Below the pieces are notes generated by a model, which was not told the DNA's origin, did no database searches, and saw only the letters and a program-made list of their open reading frames with translations. A stretch of 64,000 bases of DNA from Zootoca vivipara (taxonomy: Eukaryota), in NCBI RefSeq assembly GCF_963506605.1, contig NC_083276.1:72974001-73038000 (forward strand). Reading direction: 5' to 3'. The position numbers and the translations under genes were made by a program. Shown here in pieces: positions 1-13,799 of the stretch (position 1 is the stretch's first letter; each line of letters begins with the position of its first letter).

Positions 1-1089
1 ACCATGTGTAATATTGCAGGTGTGATACTCTAAAAAACGGCTCAGACAATCTTAAAAGTAGGCATATGCCGGTGAAGCTACCCAAGCACCATTTGTACAG
101 GAGGGGACACAACTCTTCTGCTTCACAATACTGTACTTAATCTTCTTCAACATTTCTCTCTAGATTTTCAGCAGAAGTACAGCCTTTTGAACTCGTTTAT
201 AAACTGCTCAGTTTTCAGCTGCAAAGAAAACCTTACTTGTTTGAGAATAAAAGGAAATGAATACAATGAGAGTGGGATAAGAGATCTAAGCCTCCAGTCT
301 TTCTTGCTGCATGGGCTTCTTTATACTTTGCTGCTAACAAAAAATGGATTCCAGTCAAATCACAGCATATTGTGGGGAGGGGCTTTGCAGACACTACCCA
401 GAGTACTGTACTTTAGCTTCTTCCTCCCCCTCCGCCCCTTAAGAAATATAGAAACTTTGCCTAAACCGTGCAAGACTTCCACATCCCTTAGGTCTTCTTT
501 TCCTTACTGTCCATGTAGACAAGGGGCACCTAGGTCCTCAATACCCACAATATAAACAAGCACGTCACTGGACAGTTCCAGAATAGTGGGTGTTGAGGTA
601 CCCTTGGCAAAAGGCAGAGCAAGGGAGTTGTAGGGTTGTGTGGAGCCCAAGGAGCCACGGGTGGGAGATGCCCTGGAAGTCGCTATAACCTTAGTAAAAA
701 CAGTGGGTTAAAAAAAAATGTAATTGATAATAAATAATCACTAAGAAATAATCACTTTTTGAAAATCAGTGGGAGTCAGTTTGATCTATATATTATTGTT
801 TGTTCGTTTTACTGCTTCATGTTTCAAAGAAAATCTCCAAACAGTCTGCAACAGCCAAAAAATATTACAAATAGAAGACAAAAATGAAAAATACAGTAAG
901 CTTCCACATTCTTGAGCAACACAGATAACAGGAAAAAGAAAACCAGTGCTTCACATATTTGTCTGGGGAACATTGTTGCAAGGGAGAATTGCCATACAGA
1001 GGAAGACTTTCTGCTCAATAGTCACCTACTTCACTTTGCCAGGCAGGGACATAGGGTGAAAAACCTTCTGAAAAAAATCTTTATAAATG

Positions 1090-1370
1090 TCAGGTTGATG
1101 TGGGGTGAGGAGGTCCACTGGGTACCTCAAACCCAAGCCACCTAAGGCTTTAAAATTTAGCACCAGCAATTTGAGCTGCTTCCAGAAGCAGTCAGCAGCC
1201 AGTGTAGTTCTTTTAAGACTGATGAGGTATGTACAAACCAACACAACCAAGCTAAGCATCTTGAAGCTACATTGTAAAATCTTGTGAGTTTCCAAACCTT
1301 CTTCAAGGACAGCCCCACATAAATATTGTACAATGGCCTCTGGGTGTGTACAAGTGAGTTAGTCAGAAAC
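1090..1370 (-). mobile_element. Decayed L2-type LINE 3' ORF fragment
   Basis: Translation LKLLVLNFKALGGLGLRYPVDLLTPHQP resembles the L2 ORF2 C-terminus; boundaries approximate. Confidence 0.55.
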
Positions 1371-1543
1371 AAAGGGGAATAAATCCTATGTGGCCTGAAG
1401 CATTATATTTGTGGGGAAGGAGAGGGGGAAAATGTTTTGCTCCCATACACTGTTTGGCAAAGGCACTGCAAAGTTGGCATGTCACAATAATGGTGGTTTT
1501 TTTTTAAAAAAAAATCATTCATGAGCTCAACTTTGGGGTGTGT

Positions 1544-1759
1544 NNNNNNNNNNNNNNNNNNNNNNNNNNNNNNNNNNNNNNNNNNNNNNNNNNNNNNNNN
1601 NNNNNNNNNNNNNNNNNNNNNNNNNNNNNNNNNNNNNNNNNNNNNNNNNNNNNNNNNNNNNNNNNNNNNNNNNNNNNNNNNNNNNNNNNNNNNNNNNNNN
1701 NNNNNNNNNNNNNNNNNNNNNNNNNNNNNNNNNNNNNNNNNNNNNNNNNNNNNNNNNNN
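1544..1759. other. Assembly gap (N run)
   Basis: 216 N. Confidence 1.
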
Positions 1760-2031
1760 GCATGGTTTAAATCACAGTAACCTTTAACAGATTGCAACAG
1801 GCTTATAAAAGCCTTCAAACTAAAATGTGAGAGGAATTCAGTCCAGGTAAAATATTATTACTACCCTTTGGACATAATATCTGGGGCTTAAAAAGCAATT
1901 TCAGAATTTCACTTTTCCTACATTCCACAAGATTCATAGTAGGCATTGCCTGATTGGCTTTTTTGGAGTACTTAGAAGCACAATGCTACCAAATAACAAC
2001 AAAAGTAACAGAAGCAACTCTTTCTTGGTGC

Positions 2032-2172
2032 NNNNNNNNNNNNNNNNNNNNNNNNNNNNNNNNNNNNNNNNNNNNNNNNNNNNNNNNNNNNNNNNNNNNN
2101 NNNNNNNNNNNNNNNNNNNNNNNNNNNNNNNNNNNNNNNNNNNNNNNNNNNNNNNNNNNNNNNNNNNNNNNN
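2032..2172. other. Assembly gap (N run)
   Basis: 141 N. Confidence 1.
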
Positions 2173-2547
2173 CAGCAACTAGCCACAAAATCAATATTCT
2201 GTGTGCCACTTGGTTTTTAAAGCTAAAGACTTTTTGTATTCAGGTTTGTAGCTGCATGGATACATACTTTTAAAATTGTTTCTTTGTGTGGGAGAGTTAA
2301 GCATGTGCTTAACTTTCTCCCATTAAAGGTGACTGGGTTTCTGAATCTGTGGCTGGCTTCCACCCTAAGAATCTGTTCTTTATGAAAAAAAAAGTTTGAA
2401 AACAAGCATCTTGTCATTCTCTGATTCATCTATCCACAAGGGCTACTTAAATACAAAATCTCTTGCATGACAGGACTGCCCCCTTGTGTTATGTTAGATC
2501 CAATTGGTTTTGGATAGATTCAGAAGGTGACTCATAAGCTTTATATA

Positions 2548-2674
2548 AAAAATAAAAAATTCCTTCCAGTAGCACCTTAGAGACCAACTAAGTTTGTCAT
2601 TGGTATGAGCTTTCGTGTGCATGCACACTTCTGCTTTGTTTTGACTATGTCAGACAAACACGGCTACCTACCTG
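2548..2674 (-). mobile_element. Penelope-like element fragment with truncated hammerhead motif and a probably inverted terminal segment
   Basis: 13-bp TSD TAAGCTTTATATA (2535-2547 / 2675-2687); 2557-2632 is the reverse complement of the 15272-15346 element. Confidence 0.75.
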
Positions 2675-3024
2675 TAAGCTTTATATAGAAACTGATGGGT
2701 TTTTTTCCATTTGTGCTCAGCTAATTTCTAAACCTCTAATAGTTAGAAATTCTGTACTAAGATAGAAACAAAATGAGATGGGACTGTAGTTTCCTGGGAA
2801 ATGTCATTGTAGTAGTTGCATCCAGTGATTCAGTCACTTCAAAAAGCAGACACTGTACAGCTTCTCTAAAATAATAACATCCTGAGCTGCTTTAAATAAT
2901 TTTAAAAAAACTTTGCAGAAAATATACAAAATATGAATTTTGTAATGACTTTTCCCTATGAGCAAATCAGTTACTTCTCCCTTTACAACACTGCTAAAAT
3001 AAGCCTCTTATTCTCTATCCCAGG

Positions 3025-3185
3025 GGCATAGGAAGCTGCCTTAAAACCAAGTCAGACTATTGGTTCATCTGTCTCAGTATTATCAACCATGACTGGCAAA
3101 AGCTCTCCAGAGTTTCAGGCCATAGTCTTTCCCACTTCTACACGGAGGTGCTGTGAGGACTGAATCTTCCACATGCAAAGCAGCA
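3025..3185 (-). mobile_element. Old squamate SINE with CR1-like tail (related copies ~57015-57165 and ~63447-63640)
   Basis: cataggaagctgcctt...gagtcagac.attgg.tcatct motif recurring in the window; family name not assigned. Confidence 0.55.
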
Positions 3186-3244
3186 ATGCCTCTGTGGTAC
3201 CAGCACCCACTATATAGTACAGATTTGGGATTGAACAGTTAGGT

Positions 3245-3503
3245 CATGGGTAGGCAAACTAAGGCCCAGGGGCTGAATCCGGCCCAATCGCCTTCTAAAT
3301 CCGGCCCGAGGACAGTCCAGGAATCAGCGTGTTTTTACATGAGTAGAATGTGTGCTTTTATTTAAAATGCATCTCTGGGTTATTTGTGGGGCATAGGAAT
3401 TTGTTTATATATATTTTTTCAAAATACAGTCCTGCAAAATACAGTCCACAAGGTCGGAGGGACAGTGGATCGGCCCCCTGCTGAAAAAGTTTGCTGACCC
3501 CTG
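3245..3503. mobile_element. Non-autonomous hAT transposon (MITE)
   Basis: TIRs CATGGGTAGGCAAACT / AGTTTGCTGACCCCTG; perfect 8-bp TSD AGTTAGGT. Confidence 0.9.
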
Positions 3504-5295
3504 AGTTAGGTGATTTAAATCAATCAATCAAATCAATCAATCAATCAATTAAGGAGACATCTGAATTTCAATAGTAATAGTGTAAAGGCTGCTGGTGTCA
3601 CAAACCTCTTGCTGCCTGCCTTACCATTTGCATAACTAGGCACCATTGGGCCATCCTCATAATATTGTCACAGGGATGAACTAGAGGTGAGGGCTAGACT
3701 GCCACACAGTTTCATTCTGAAAGGCCTTTCAGTGCTTCTGGAGAATGCTCAGATTTTGGAACATCTTTGGGAGGAATTCTGCGGTTATGGAGCAGTCACT
3801 AACCGCTTTCCTTTAACTGCTTATGTCTGAACATGCAGATAAAGAGATAATGGTAAGGAAGTCGGGAGGGGGGGGATACAGTACAGGCACTCTCTTGGAT
3901 ATGTGGGCTTGAGGGCATTCTGGGGTCATACTTAAAACCAATGTTTACCAGGGGACATTTTGGCAAGTCTGCATTGCTTTTGTTGGTTGTAGCCAACAAA
4001 ATCATGCTCACCACTGAAACCAAATGGCAAGTCAGTTTTGTCCATTCATTCTGATGAGCCTCCTCTGAATACGGCATAGCTGCACAAAGCCCACTGTTAC
4101 TCAGAACTGCTGCTGCTTCAGTGCAGCATTTCTGCTTTTCACCTACTCAGTTCTATTCCACTATGTAGTTCCTAAAGGGAAAGGCACATCCGCAATGCTC
4201 TCTCCCAGGTGAATGTTTCAGGTAACCTAAATGAAGACTTTTACCTCCTCCTGCCCTGCCAGATTTCAGGTGACACCTCTTCTTCCTATACCAGCAAAGT
4301 CATTCAAGGTGAAGAATTGGATGGACTTGGAGAAGTATGGGGCTTTGGTTTAGAGGAATTATACTCTTTCCATGTCAACACAATATACAAGCTTATGTCT
4401 GCCTCAGCACCAATACCATTATCCACTAAGCAGTTGTGCAGATGTTTTAGGGATCGGCTGTGTACAGCAGGACTTCTGTTGCTCTTTTCCAAAGACCAGC
4501 CCCCTGTGCAACTACTGTTCAAAAAATGACCACAAAAATCCTGCTGTACACATGAGTCTATCCTTCACACTTCTCTGGACAGAAGCCTATGTTTTTGCCA
4601 GTATTGAGTTTCATAGCACAAGTTGTTTCCAGCTGTGATGTGCAACCTCTGGGAGTTTCAAAAATGGTCCAAATGGCCATTACATACTCTTTTTGGTTCA
4701 AGTTAATTTTTTTAAAAAATGAAACTGGTTTAATAATGGTTTAATAATTTAATGTTGCCGAGAGATAGCATTAAAATAAGATTATGAAGAGATCTAGCGG
4801 ATAAAGACTCTCCCCCTCGCCCTGCAAAAAAGGACACTGTTGTGCAGCACTGAAATCTCCTGATGCACTTCCTATTTTTAAGCAAGGAACATTACAAACG
4901 ATCATGATATTAATAAAAGTACCATTTCCATTACGGCAAAGGGTGCGGGTAAAATGCATTCCAATATTATTATTTAAATGTGCGCCTAAAATTTGATACG
5001 GGCAGGATTGGTTTAGATTTATAAAATGAAAAGCAGATGGTTTCAGAATAACTGCTAAAATCACTACAGCTTTATTACCCTTCAGTAGCTGCTCCCCATT
5101 TATTTCAATTGAGGCCAACTACCTAGGGCCAAGAGTGCAACTGCTGCTTGCGGTGTGATTTGCTCATTCATTCCAACCAAATTCAGCGAGGAATTCTGGG
5201 TTAGAAACTGGCTGCAGAAAAAGGTCACTGCAAGCTTATCGCCTAGGTTGGATAAGCAGTCTTGGCTGTGTAATATTTTAATGAAATGGAGCAAC

Positions 5296-5346
5296 ATGGG
5301 GTCACAAAGAGTCGGACACGACTAAACGACTAAACAACAACAACAA
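5296..5346 (+). mobile_element. BovB LINE extreme 3' end with (CAA)n tail
   Basis: catggggtcacaaagagtcggacacgactaaacgactaaacaacaac, same as the 3' ends at ~44764 and ~63298. Confidence 0.85.
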
Positions 5347-8300
5347 ACCCCTAGCAAATTATTCTGATGCATTTCCCCATATCTCCTGCGTGTCATAACT
5401 TCATGTGGTAGACTTTAAGGAGTGCCTTGGAAAACCTCATAAATCATGAGCCAACGAAGCAGAAAGCAAGCCAGAATATAACAAGTTAACACTGCACTCC
5501 AGCTTAGGGGGGGGGTGTGCAGTGTTTTAAAAAATTAATAAAATAGAAGAGGTGCTTTGGGTGCCAGACCAAGATGTCTGCCATGGGCAACAAAAAAAGA
5601 TGTGCTGGTACTCCATACTGGTGAGTACCATCAAAGAAAAAGCACCAGGGGTATATGAGAGCTCCAATGCACACCTGGGACTCGTGGGCTTGAAAGAGCT
5701 CCCTTACTTATTTCAAAGGAAGGAACAAATCCTAGCTCACAGTGAGAGAGGTGCACATGGATGTGTACACATGTAGGTTCACATAATGAATCCCTCCACT
5801 GAAACTAATGAGAAACATTAATTTTACACCAGAAAGCTATACCGGTATATAGAGGTAAGCATATACAGTTATCCGGAATGAGCTGCAAACTGGGGGAACT
5901 GGTCGAACCAATCCACATTTATATACACTAATAGATTGAAGTATCCCACCAAAACTGCACAGATCCATCTTCTGATAAGAATCTTCACATTCATTAGGCA
6001 TTTAATGTGTGCCTATAGTGGAGGTCAATCCTAAATGTAAAGCACACAAAGCTTTTTTATTTTAGATACTTTGTGTGGTGGAAAACTAAAGGTTATGAAT
6101 TGTTGCCACCTCCAGTTAATTACATTTGAAAAACATCTAGCAGAATGCATGGCAGTCACAAACTGAACCTTTTATTTTGAACCTCAGTTCTAGAAACTTG
6201 GCTGATTTATTTGTAAGGAAATTTTGCCAAAGGGTTTTGATTATCTTGCACACATTGAAGAAAATGTTTAGATCCAGCTGACTAAGGTGGTTGAGAGCAT
6301 GCCACAGCCAAGCTCAAATGCTGTTATTGTTTTCTAAGCAAGGAACACGGGTTCAAGAGGGGAGCAACATGGAACAGAGAAGGTGTAGGGAGATGGGTGC
6401 TTAGCTATTTCCTTATATTTTTTTCCTTCTCTGCTTCAAATCCCCCCTCCAACCTATTTTCCGTTTAAAAAGAAAAAGAAAAAGAAAGTACTGTATCAGG
6501 GTATAATAAGTAGTTTAAGATTGCAGCAAACTTTCTCTTGGAATATTAGCTGCCAATGTTACTATGTGTAATATTTTACATAAAGTACTATGTACATAAT
6601 ACCCAATATTAATTATAGTATGGTCAAAAGACAAATTTACTGACTTTACACAGAAGTGATGATAAGAATTCAATGAAGTAAATAAATATGGGGCAACATC
6701 TCTCATCCCAACTCCTGCATTTGCATTTATTGCTCTGTGTGGTGTCCAAAATAAACATGGATAAAGTCAGGGCACAAGGCAGCTGCTCATTGGCCTTGCA
6801 TTAGATGAGCCTTGCGCTTCTGAATATTTAAGCAGCTGGAGTCTACTTTAATTACTTAACATCAGTCAAGTAAACCAACTCATGGAAAACAAGGAATCTA
6901 ATATTAATCTACAGCATGAAAGCAGCAGCTGTCTTTACTACTTTAAAGTGGTAGAACATCAACATACAAGTGTATGCATCTGCTACAAGGTGTATTTTTT
7001 TATTGTTTTATTTGCCAAAGGAAATAACATTCTCTTCTGTTGGCCTGTAAATGTGCCATGTCAGTGTTTGCCATTGCTATGTAACTGATTCAGAGCATGA
7101 AAACTAATCCCATCAGAAATATCCCAGTATAGTTTGTAGGAGGATTATAGTATGGTTTCCTAACCTCCTTTTTTTGCCCAGATCCCCCTCCCCAACCTGC
7201 ATTTAAAGATAGCAGCCTGTCCTCTGCCAATTCATTCTCTGCCAATCAAAGAAATGGAAACCCAGTAAACCATCCAATGGCCAGCTTAGCACAGTATCTC
7301 TTTTTTCCTATTCTGCACATAGCTCCTGTCCTGAGGAAAGCATAAGTGTTGTGTGCCTAAAAGCATTTAGCCTCTAAATGCTTTTATTATGTTACATAAA
7401 GAATAGTTAGAGCTTGCCCATTATCCTGAGATCTCAGGTTGTGGAACAATTAAAAAAACACAATTTAAAACAACAAATATATTGTTTTTAGACTAGAATG
7501 TACACATGTGAACTAAAAGGCATGTGTAAGGCAATAGTAATGGCATCATAATAATAATTTGTATGCTAACATAGTATACAACTACCATAGTTTCTTATTT
7601 TCTCTGCCTCTTAGGTGGGGTGGGGACGAAGGTTGTTTATTTAAAAGTCTGTAAAGGATGGAATACTGTGTGACAAAGATCTAATTACGTAACACAGAAG
7701 GAAATAGGATTCATGCGGAACAAGTTTGATTGTAACACGTCAGAAAACTGTTGTTTCATGCCTGATCTTTGGCTGTATGCTTGCTTTGATTGCTGCTGTT
7801 CAACTCATCTCTGCAATTAACCATCAAGTTGTCTGTGTGCAAATCACATTTTAAATGTTGTTAGCTGCCCTGCAAACAGAGTTGTGGTGACAGCAGGTCA
7901 GTCATTATATCTGACCACTTGAAAGTGAATAAGCTGTATTTGCTCAGACTTTACAAGGGCCTTTGGAAATGAGGGAGGAAGATAAAAGTAGGAATCATTT
8001 ACAATATGAGCCATCTTGTCAGCGCAAATAAGGATTCCTCCACACCACAGAGATTACAAATGTTTGCTCTGGACATAATGTATCATTAAACTAAGAAGCT
8101 GCCTCCGAATCACAAAGGTGAATAATCAAATTACCAGGAATAAACAAAGGCACAGCCATTGTATATACAAAACTCAAAGTGTCACAAACCCAACATCTTT
8201 TTGGCTATGAGATTTTGCAACTAGTTGGCGTATGTACATTGGTGTATATATTCTCTAAAATGACTGGATCATTATCCTTCTTGGCAGGGGTCTTCTGTAA

Positions 8301-11300
8301 CAAAAACACTGCAACTAACCTCAACTGTGTAAGGAAATGATGGTGGTGGTGGTGGTGATGATGATGAAGAAGAAGAAACATTCCTGCAGCTCACTACCTA
8401 GGGTGGGGCCTGCTGACTTTTCACTGGGAATGGAAAAACTGCATTTCAGGTGAGTACAACTGTGCTTCTCCCCATTCCCATTCCCAGTTCCAGGTCAGCA
8501 GGGATGAGATGTACAATAGCTAACCTCCCTAGGGCAGGTTAAGGCTGTAGGAGCTAAGGCAGGAGGAACTTCTGCAGGATCTTCTGGCCAAATACTGCCT
8601 TGGCTAAGGTGTATGTGTATGGTAAAGGTATATTGGCAGCAGGGGCCAGGGGGATGGGAAATGCAATCCACCCGTTTGACATACAATATGAACAGGGAAT
8701 ATCTTTTAAATCTCATTTGTCTCCTTAGTCAATTCACACAATTCTTCAGAAAATGGTGTTCATGCTAAAAAGAAGCTTTGTAAGATTTAATCCGAGCCGG
8801 ACGATGGCGTTCGTGCCAAAATGAAAAGAGTGTTGTAGTGCAGCAGCCCTGCCAGGCTTCTCCAGCATTACCACTCTGAGAATGGAAGAAACTGGGCTGC
8901 TTCTCCCGTCCCTTTGCTGAGAGGGAAAGGGAGGAAAGACAAAAGTGCCAAGGCTAAAAAGAGGAAAATGCAGAGCATTTCCATATATCTATGGAATGAG
9001 GAAAGAAAAACCACCTAACTAAGCTGTTAAAAAAATAATTTATAAACCTAAGGAGATCAGTGAGAGCTAATGGTGACTGGCTGCACTCAATGAAGGCAGG
9101 GGCAGAACTCTGGGATGGGACCCATACCTCCCTAAAGGTTGCTGCCTGCCTTCGACCAGGGGGAGGTCATCTGCCCCCCTTGCTGACCTGGATCTGGGAA
9201 TGTGAAAATCACTTAGCACAATGTGATCCTCACAAGCAGTAATAGTGCTTTTCATGGAGAAGAAACGTAAGTTCCTGCAGTAAATCAAATAAACTGGTAT
9301 AAATGGCTTAACTGTTAAGAGCGTTGGACTATGACTCGGGAGACCAGATATCGTTGGTCTATTGGGTGTGGGGAAGATACCACCCACTGTCCCTTATACT
9401 TCCTAAAGCTCTAGCTCTATTCTCATTTCTCCACTATTGGCACTCTGACAAAGCTTGAGAGCTGTCAGATAGGGAGGATGAATGTGCCACCTCCCTTTCG
9501 CCACAATTTAAATAAATAAACCTATTTGGCGATTGTATGGCTCTTGGGAATTTTACAGAAAGGGAACAAATCTTTGCAAGCCCTTTCATAAATCTCCCAT
9601 CTGTCAGAGGCTCCAACTGCAGTGGAAGTGACTGATACTCCGACTGAGGCTCAGTTTACATCACCACAAAGGGTACTGTATCTTGGCACTCCTCCTCACC
9701 TTGATCTTGCTAAATCAGGCAATGGGAGTTCAGAGAAAGACTCCCCTTTGAGGATGCCCCAAATATTCTATGATGAACAGGAGTCCTCTGTATAGGTCAG
9801 GCCATAAAGGGTCCTCCCAGACTGTTGCTATTTTGGGGTGGCATCCAATTGCACACCAGGAAATTCAGGTTGCACAATCCAATTTGATTTGGGGCTGGTG
9901 CGCAACAAACCAGCTTCTTCAAATACGGGGGGAAAGAAAGTGACTGGAAAGGGTAGGGTAACATTTGCTTGACGCAATGCCATCTAGCCTCCCCGCAACC
10001 AAATCAAACGAATGCTCTGAAAACAGCAGGCATAATCAGATCTCCCCAGAAACAAATCTGAATTAATGCTCAATAAACAGGTCATCTGGAAGCGACCTCA
10101 GAGTGTGTTCATGATCCCAAGTGTGTTGTGCTTAGAAACACATCTGTGATACTGCCCTGAAGCAAAACCAGTTCTGCTCTTGCTCACCAATTCATGCAAT
10201 TCATGCTAAAGCAGCATAGTATTATATTGCTCCAGGTTCTTCCACACATCCAAGAAATAACCATGCATCAAAGAAGAACTGCTGCATCTGGCTGGAGTTC
10301 GAAGGCAAATGCAGGTGTGAACAAAAGCTACTATGCTGCTGCTGAGATTGGGGTCAACATCATAGTGAAGCAGCACACATTATGGCACCGAGTCAGGTTA
10401 TGGCCCCTACTCATGTTGCGGCAGTGCATTGGATCCAATCATGAATCTACCCCCTTCTCACTTTCCTTAATGTGGACAGGCATGTATGCTTCATAAACGT
10501 GGCCATGATTGAGTTAGAGAGACCCCAGAGACACCCTTAACTAAGTGCGATTTTCACAAGGCTGCTGCTGGCTTACTGCTCCTGGACCCCTGGGATATTC
10601 CTGACGTACTTGTGATGAAACAGACAAGTACTAGTTGCAAGAGTTTCTCCATCCTTCCCAAGTAAGTGGAAACAGAGATTTTAAACACATTCCTTAATCT
10701 GACTCTTACCAAGAAAGTTTCCTGACAGTACAGTAGGTAACCAATATTTTTGCCAGGTGATTTATATTGCCTGTCAAAGGGAAGTAATTTTATGCTCTCA
10801 GGTGAAATCTGTTTGCAGATACTTTTTGCCAATCACATGCCTGCAATTCACACAGCGGCTCTTACTCGCGCCTTTGTGGTTATGGAATCAGTTTCTTTCA
10901 TACACGCTCATTTTCATGGCCCCTGGGGCATATTAATTTATATGCAGCACTACAGTCCAAGATTCAACAGCACATTATTCTTTCTGGTTCCAAAGCCCTT
11001 CATTCTCTAACCAGGAGTTACAGTGTTATGCAGCTGGGCTATAAAATATTCTTCATGCTGATATGTCTCTTATAGAGCATGGATCACTTTTACAGTCTGA
11101 ACTGAAGCTGCATTTGATCTGACTTTTACATGCTAATTGGTTTACATGGATTGGCTAGATATTTTTGAAATGTACTATGGAGCCCTTTGGAATGCTTGCA
11201 TGAAGGATTATACCAATGCAGCCTTTTAAATTTTAAGAGCTACTAGTTTACAGCGTTCCTGCAAAACAGACTACTTAAAAGAAAAACTGGGAGGAAGAAA

Positions 11301-11780
11301 CACGTCAAGTCACAGTTATAAGAGCATAAAAAAGCATTTGTTTATGGATTCCCTTGAGAAATAAATCCTCATTGTTAATTATGTCAAGTTGCAATTTTCT
11401 TTACAAAGTTATTTGTAACCAGAAACCACTTTTGTTTTTATTATAGTAGAACTATATATGCCTGCATTTCTGTGTTTGTGTACTATATAGATTGATACAT
11501 GGATAGTTTATACAGTAAGCCTGCTGGGGTTACGTTCCAGGGATCGTGCCTAAAGCCACAATTGCGTACAGTATAGTCAAAACACATAGAGTTTGGTGAC
11601 ATTGACAAGGATACATAGGAAGAATAAGATACAGTACGTAAATATTGCACAAAGAGTTTAATTCCTAGGAATGATCTTCATTTGATCACACCTGAGCCAA
11701 GTCTGTTTATGCAGACCCTCATAATCCACAACATGTCCTGACACCTCTCTGGACAACAGGTGGATTCAATCTGAGTACTA

Positions 11781-12020
11781 CAGTGGAACCTCGGGTTACG
11801 AACGTGATCCGTGCGGGAGGCACGTTCGCAACCCTACGTTTGCAACCCGCAGCACCGCATCTGCGCACACACGCGACACGATTTGGCGCTTCTGTGCATG
11901 CGCAAAGCGCAATTTAGTGCTTCTGCGCATGGAAGTAACCCATTCCGGTACTTCCGGGTTCAGCGTGTCCGTAACCCGAAAACGCACAACCCGCAGCAAT
12001 CGCAGCCCGAGGTATGACTG
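11781..12020. mobile_element. Tc1/mariner-type MITE
   Basis: TA|CAGTGGAACCTCGGG ... CCCGAGGTATGACTG|TA. Confidence 0.85.
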
Positions 12021-13581
12021 TACTGCAATGGTGCTGTTATTCTCCATACCACATCACTGCTATTTTAACAGGAATAATTTCACACTGTTCAGAGCTCAAG
12101 AGAAATGTCCAAACAGGGCATTAGCAGTTCAGGCGCAACATGACACATCTCTAAACACAAAAACCAGTGCCATCTAAGAACTTTTCGTATAGCAATCCGC
12201 AGCATTAGCTAAAAGTAAAATGCATATCTCATAACTCAATAACCAATGCAGTATGTTTTGCTTAAAGTGAACACTATCCACCTGGTGCAATGTGGCATAA
12301 AAGTCAAATTTGTTCCATGAGCAGAATGGATAACTTTTTAATGGATATCGGGGACAGTATACATTAATTTCTACACAGAATGATTTTACATAAATGACTA
12401 TAAGGTTGATCTAGGATTATATTTTAGCTTATAGCATGTTCTGGCTGAACTTGTCTGGAGCAAATGAGAGCATAATTCAGAAATCTGTGACTTACTGTGA
12501 GATGTGAGTTATTGGGGTCAGCAAAGTTTCACCTTCCAGGTCGAGTTCATCAGCAAAGCTGTTAGTCCTAATGAATGGTCCTGTGTTTGTATCTAAAAAT
12601 GGAGAGTTTCTTTTCACTGTGAAAAAGAAACAGGCAGGTAAAGATTAAACTTGCTAGTAGGCAAAAGGCAGAAGACTTTTTCTTTGGTTGGTCCATGATT
12701 CTGGAACGTCCAGTTAACCTCCATAAAAGTTACCACACTAGTTTTTTCAGAAAGAGTTTGAAAACCCACTTATTCTTGGTGGCTTTCTCATGACTGATAT
12801 TCTTATCTAATTATTGTGCTCCTTTTGATGGTTTTTTTTATTTTGTTTTATTTCTGGACTGGGTATGTACTTTCTACATACACACATAATTTTATTTGCA
12901 TGCTGCCTTTCCGCAGTTCAAACCATGCTCAAAGTGGCTTACAGCATAAAAAGAACATATAATCATAATATAACAGAAGTAGTCAAACCATAATTTATTT
13001 ATTTTTTAATGCACAACCAAACTGAACCATTTCTACATAAATCACAAGACCTAAAATAAAGATACAAATAACTAACGGTAGCAACAACCCTCACCTCAAC
13101 AAAATCCCCTACAAACCCAGCCTACGAGTCTGGTCAGCAGCCTCACTTTTTGTAGCTGGAGTCAGTCAGGGCCCCATCCTCCCAGGCCAGGTGGAAAACA
13201 CCTACAAGGCAGGGAGCATGTCTTCCAGGACTCTTTGGCCCCTTTAAAATACTGGTACTATGAATCTAGAGTACTCATGAACAGAATTCTGCTCATGCGA
13301 AGCACCACTGGAGGTGAAAAGCTATTCTGCAGGGTTCAGGGACCCTCCAGAACAGTGTGGAAGGTGCCAAGAGGAGCTGCAAGGACAAGGAAGAATAAGC
13401 AAAAATCACCTCCTTCCTTTTCATTCATCTGAAAATGGAAGCAACATATCCATTTGCAAAAGAACAAGTCTGGATCCAACTCAGTATAAATACCTAGTGG
13501 TAGTCACAGTATTTATTTGTTTAAGACTAGAAGTAAATTACAATCTCCAACTGGTTTTGTTTCAGCTTTGTACCTTCAGTA

Positions 13582-13799
13582 CAGTGGTACCACGGGTTAC
13601 AAACACCTTGGGTTACAAACAGCTCATGTTACAAACTCCAATAACCCGGAAGTAGTACCGTACCTCGAGTTAAGAACTTTGCTCCAGGATGAGAACAGAA
13701 ATCGTGCGCTGGCGGCACGGCGGCAGCAGGAGGCCCCATTAACTAAAGTGGTACCTCAGGTTAAGAACGGACCCCCGGAACAAACCCGAGGCACCACTG
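13582..13799. mobile_element. Tc1/mariner-type MITE
   Basis: TA|CAGTGGTACC ... GAGGCACCACTG|TA; interior similar to the copy at 18024. Confidence 0.85.

Noticed and set aside
1519-2273. Poly-X ORFs
   Set aside because: Artefacts of the two N gaps.
4771-5118. 115-aa minus ORF with EGESL, faintly like exon 11 (LEGETLL)
   Set aside because: The surrounding residues do not match exon 11 and no 121-nt exon with proper splice sites fits; exon 11 is probably beyond the left edge.
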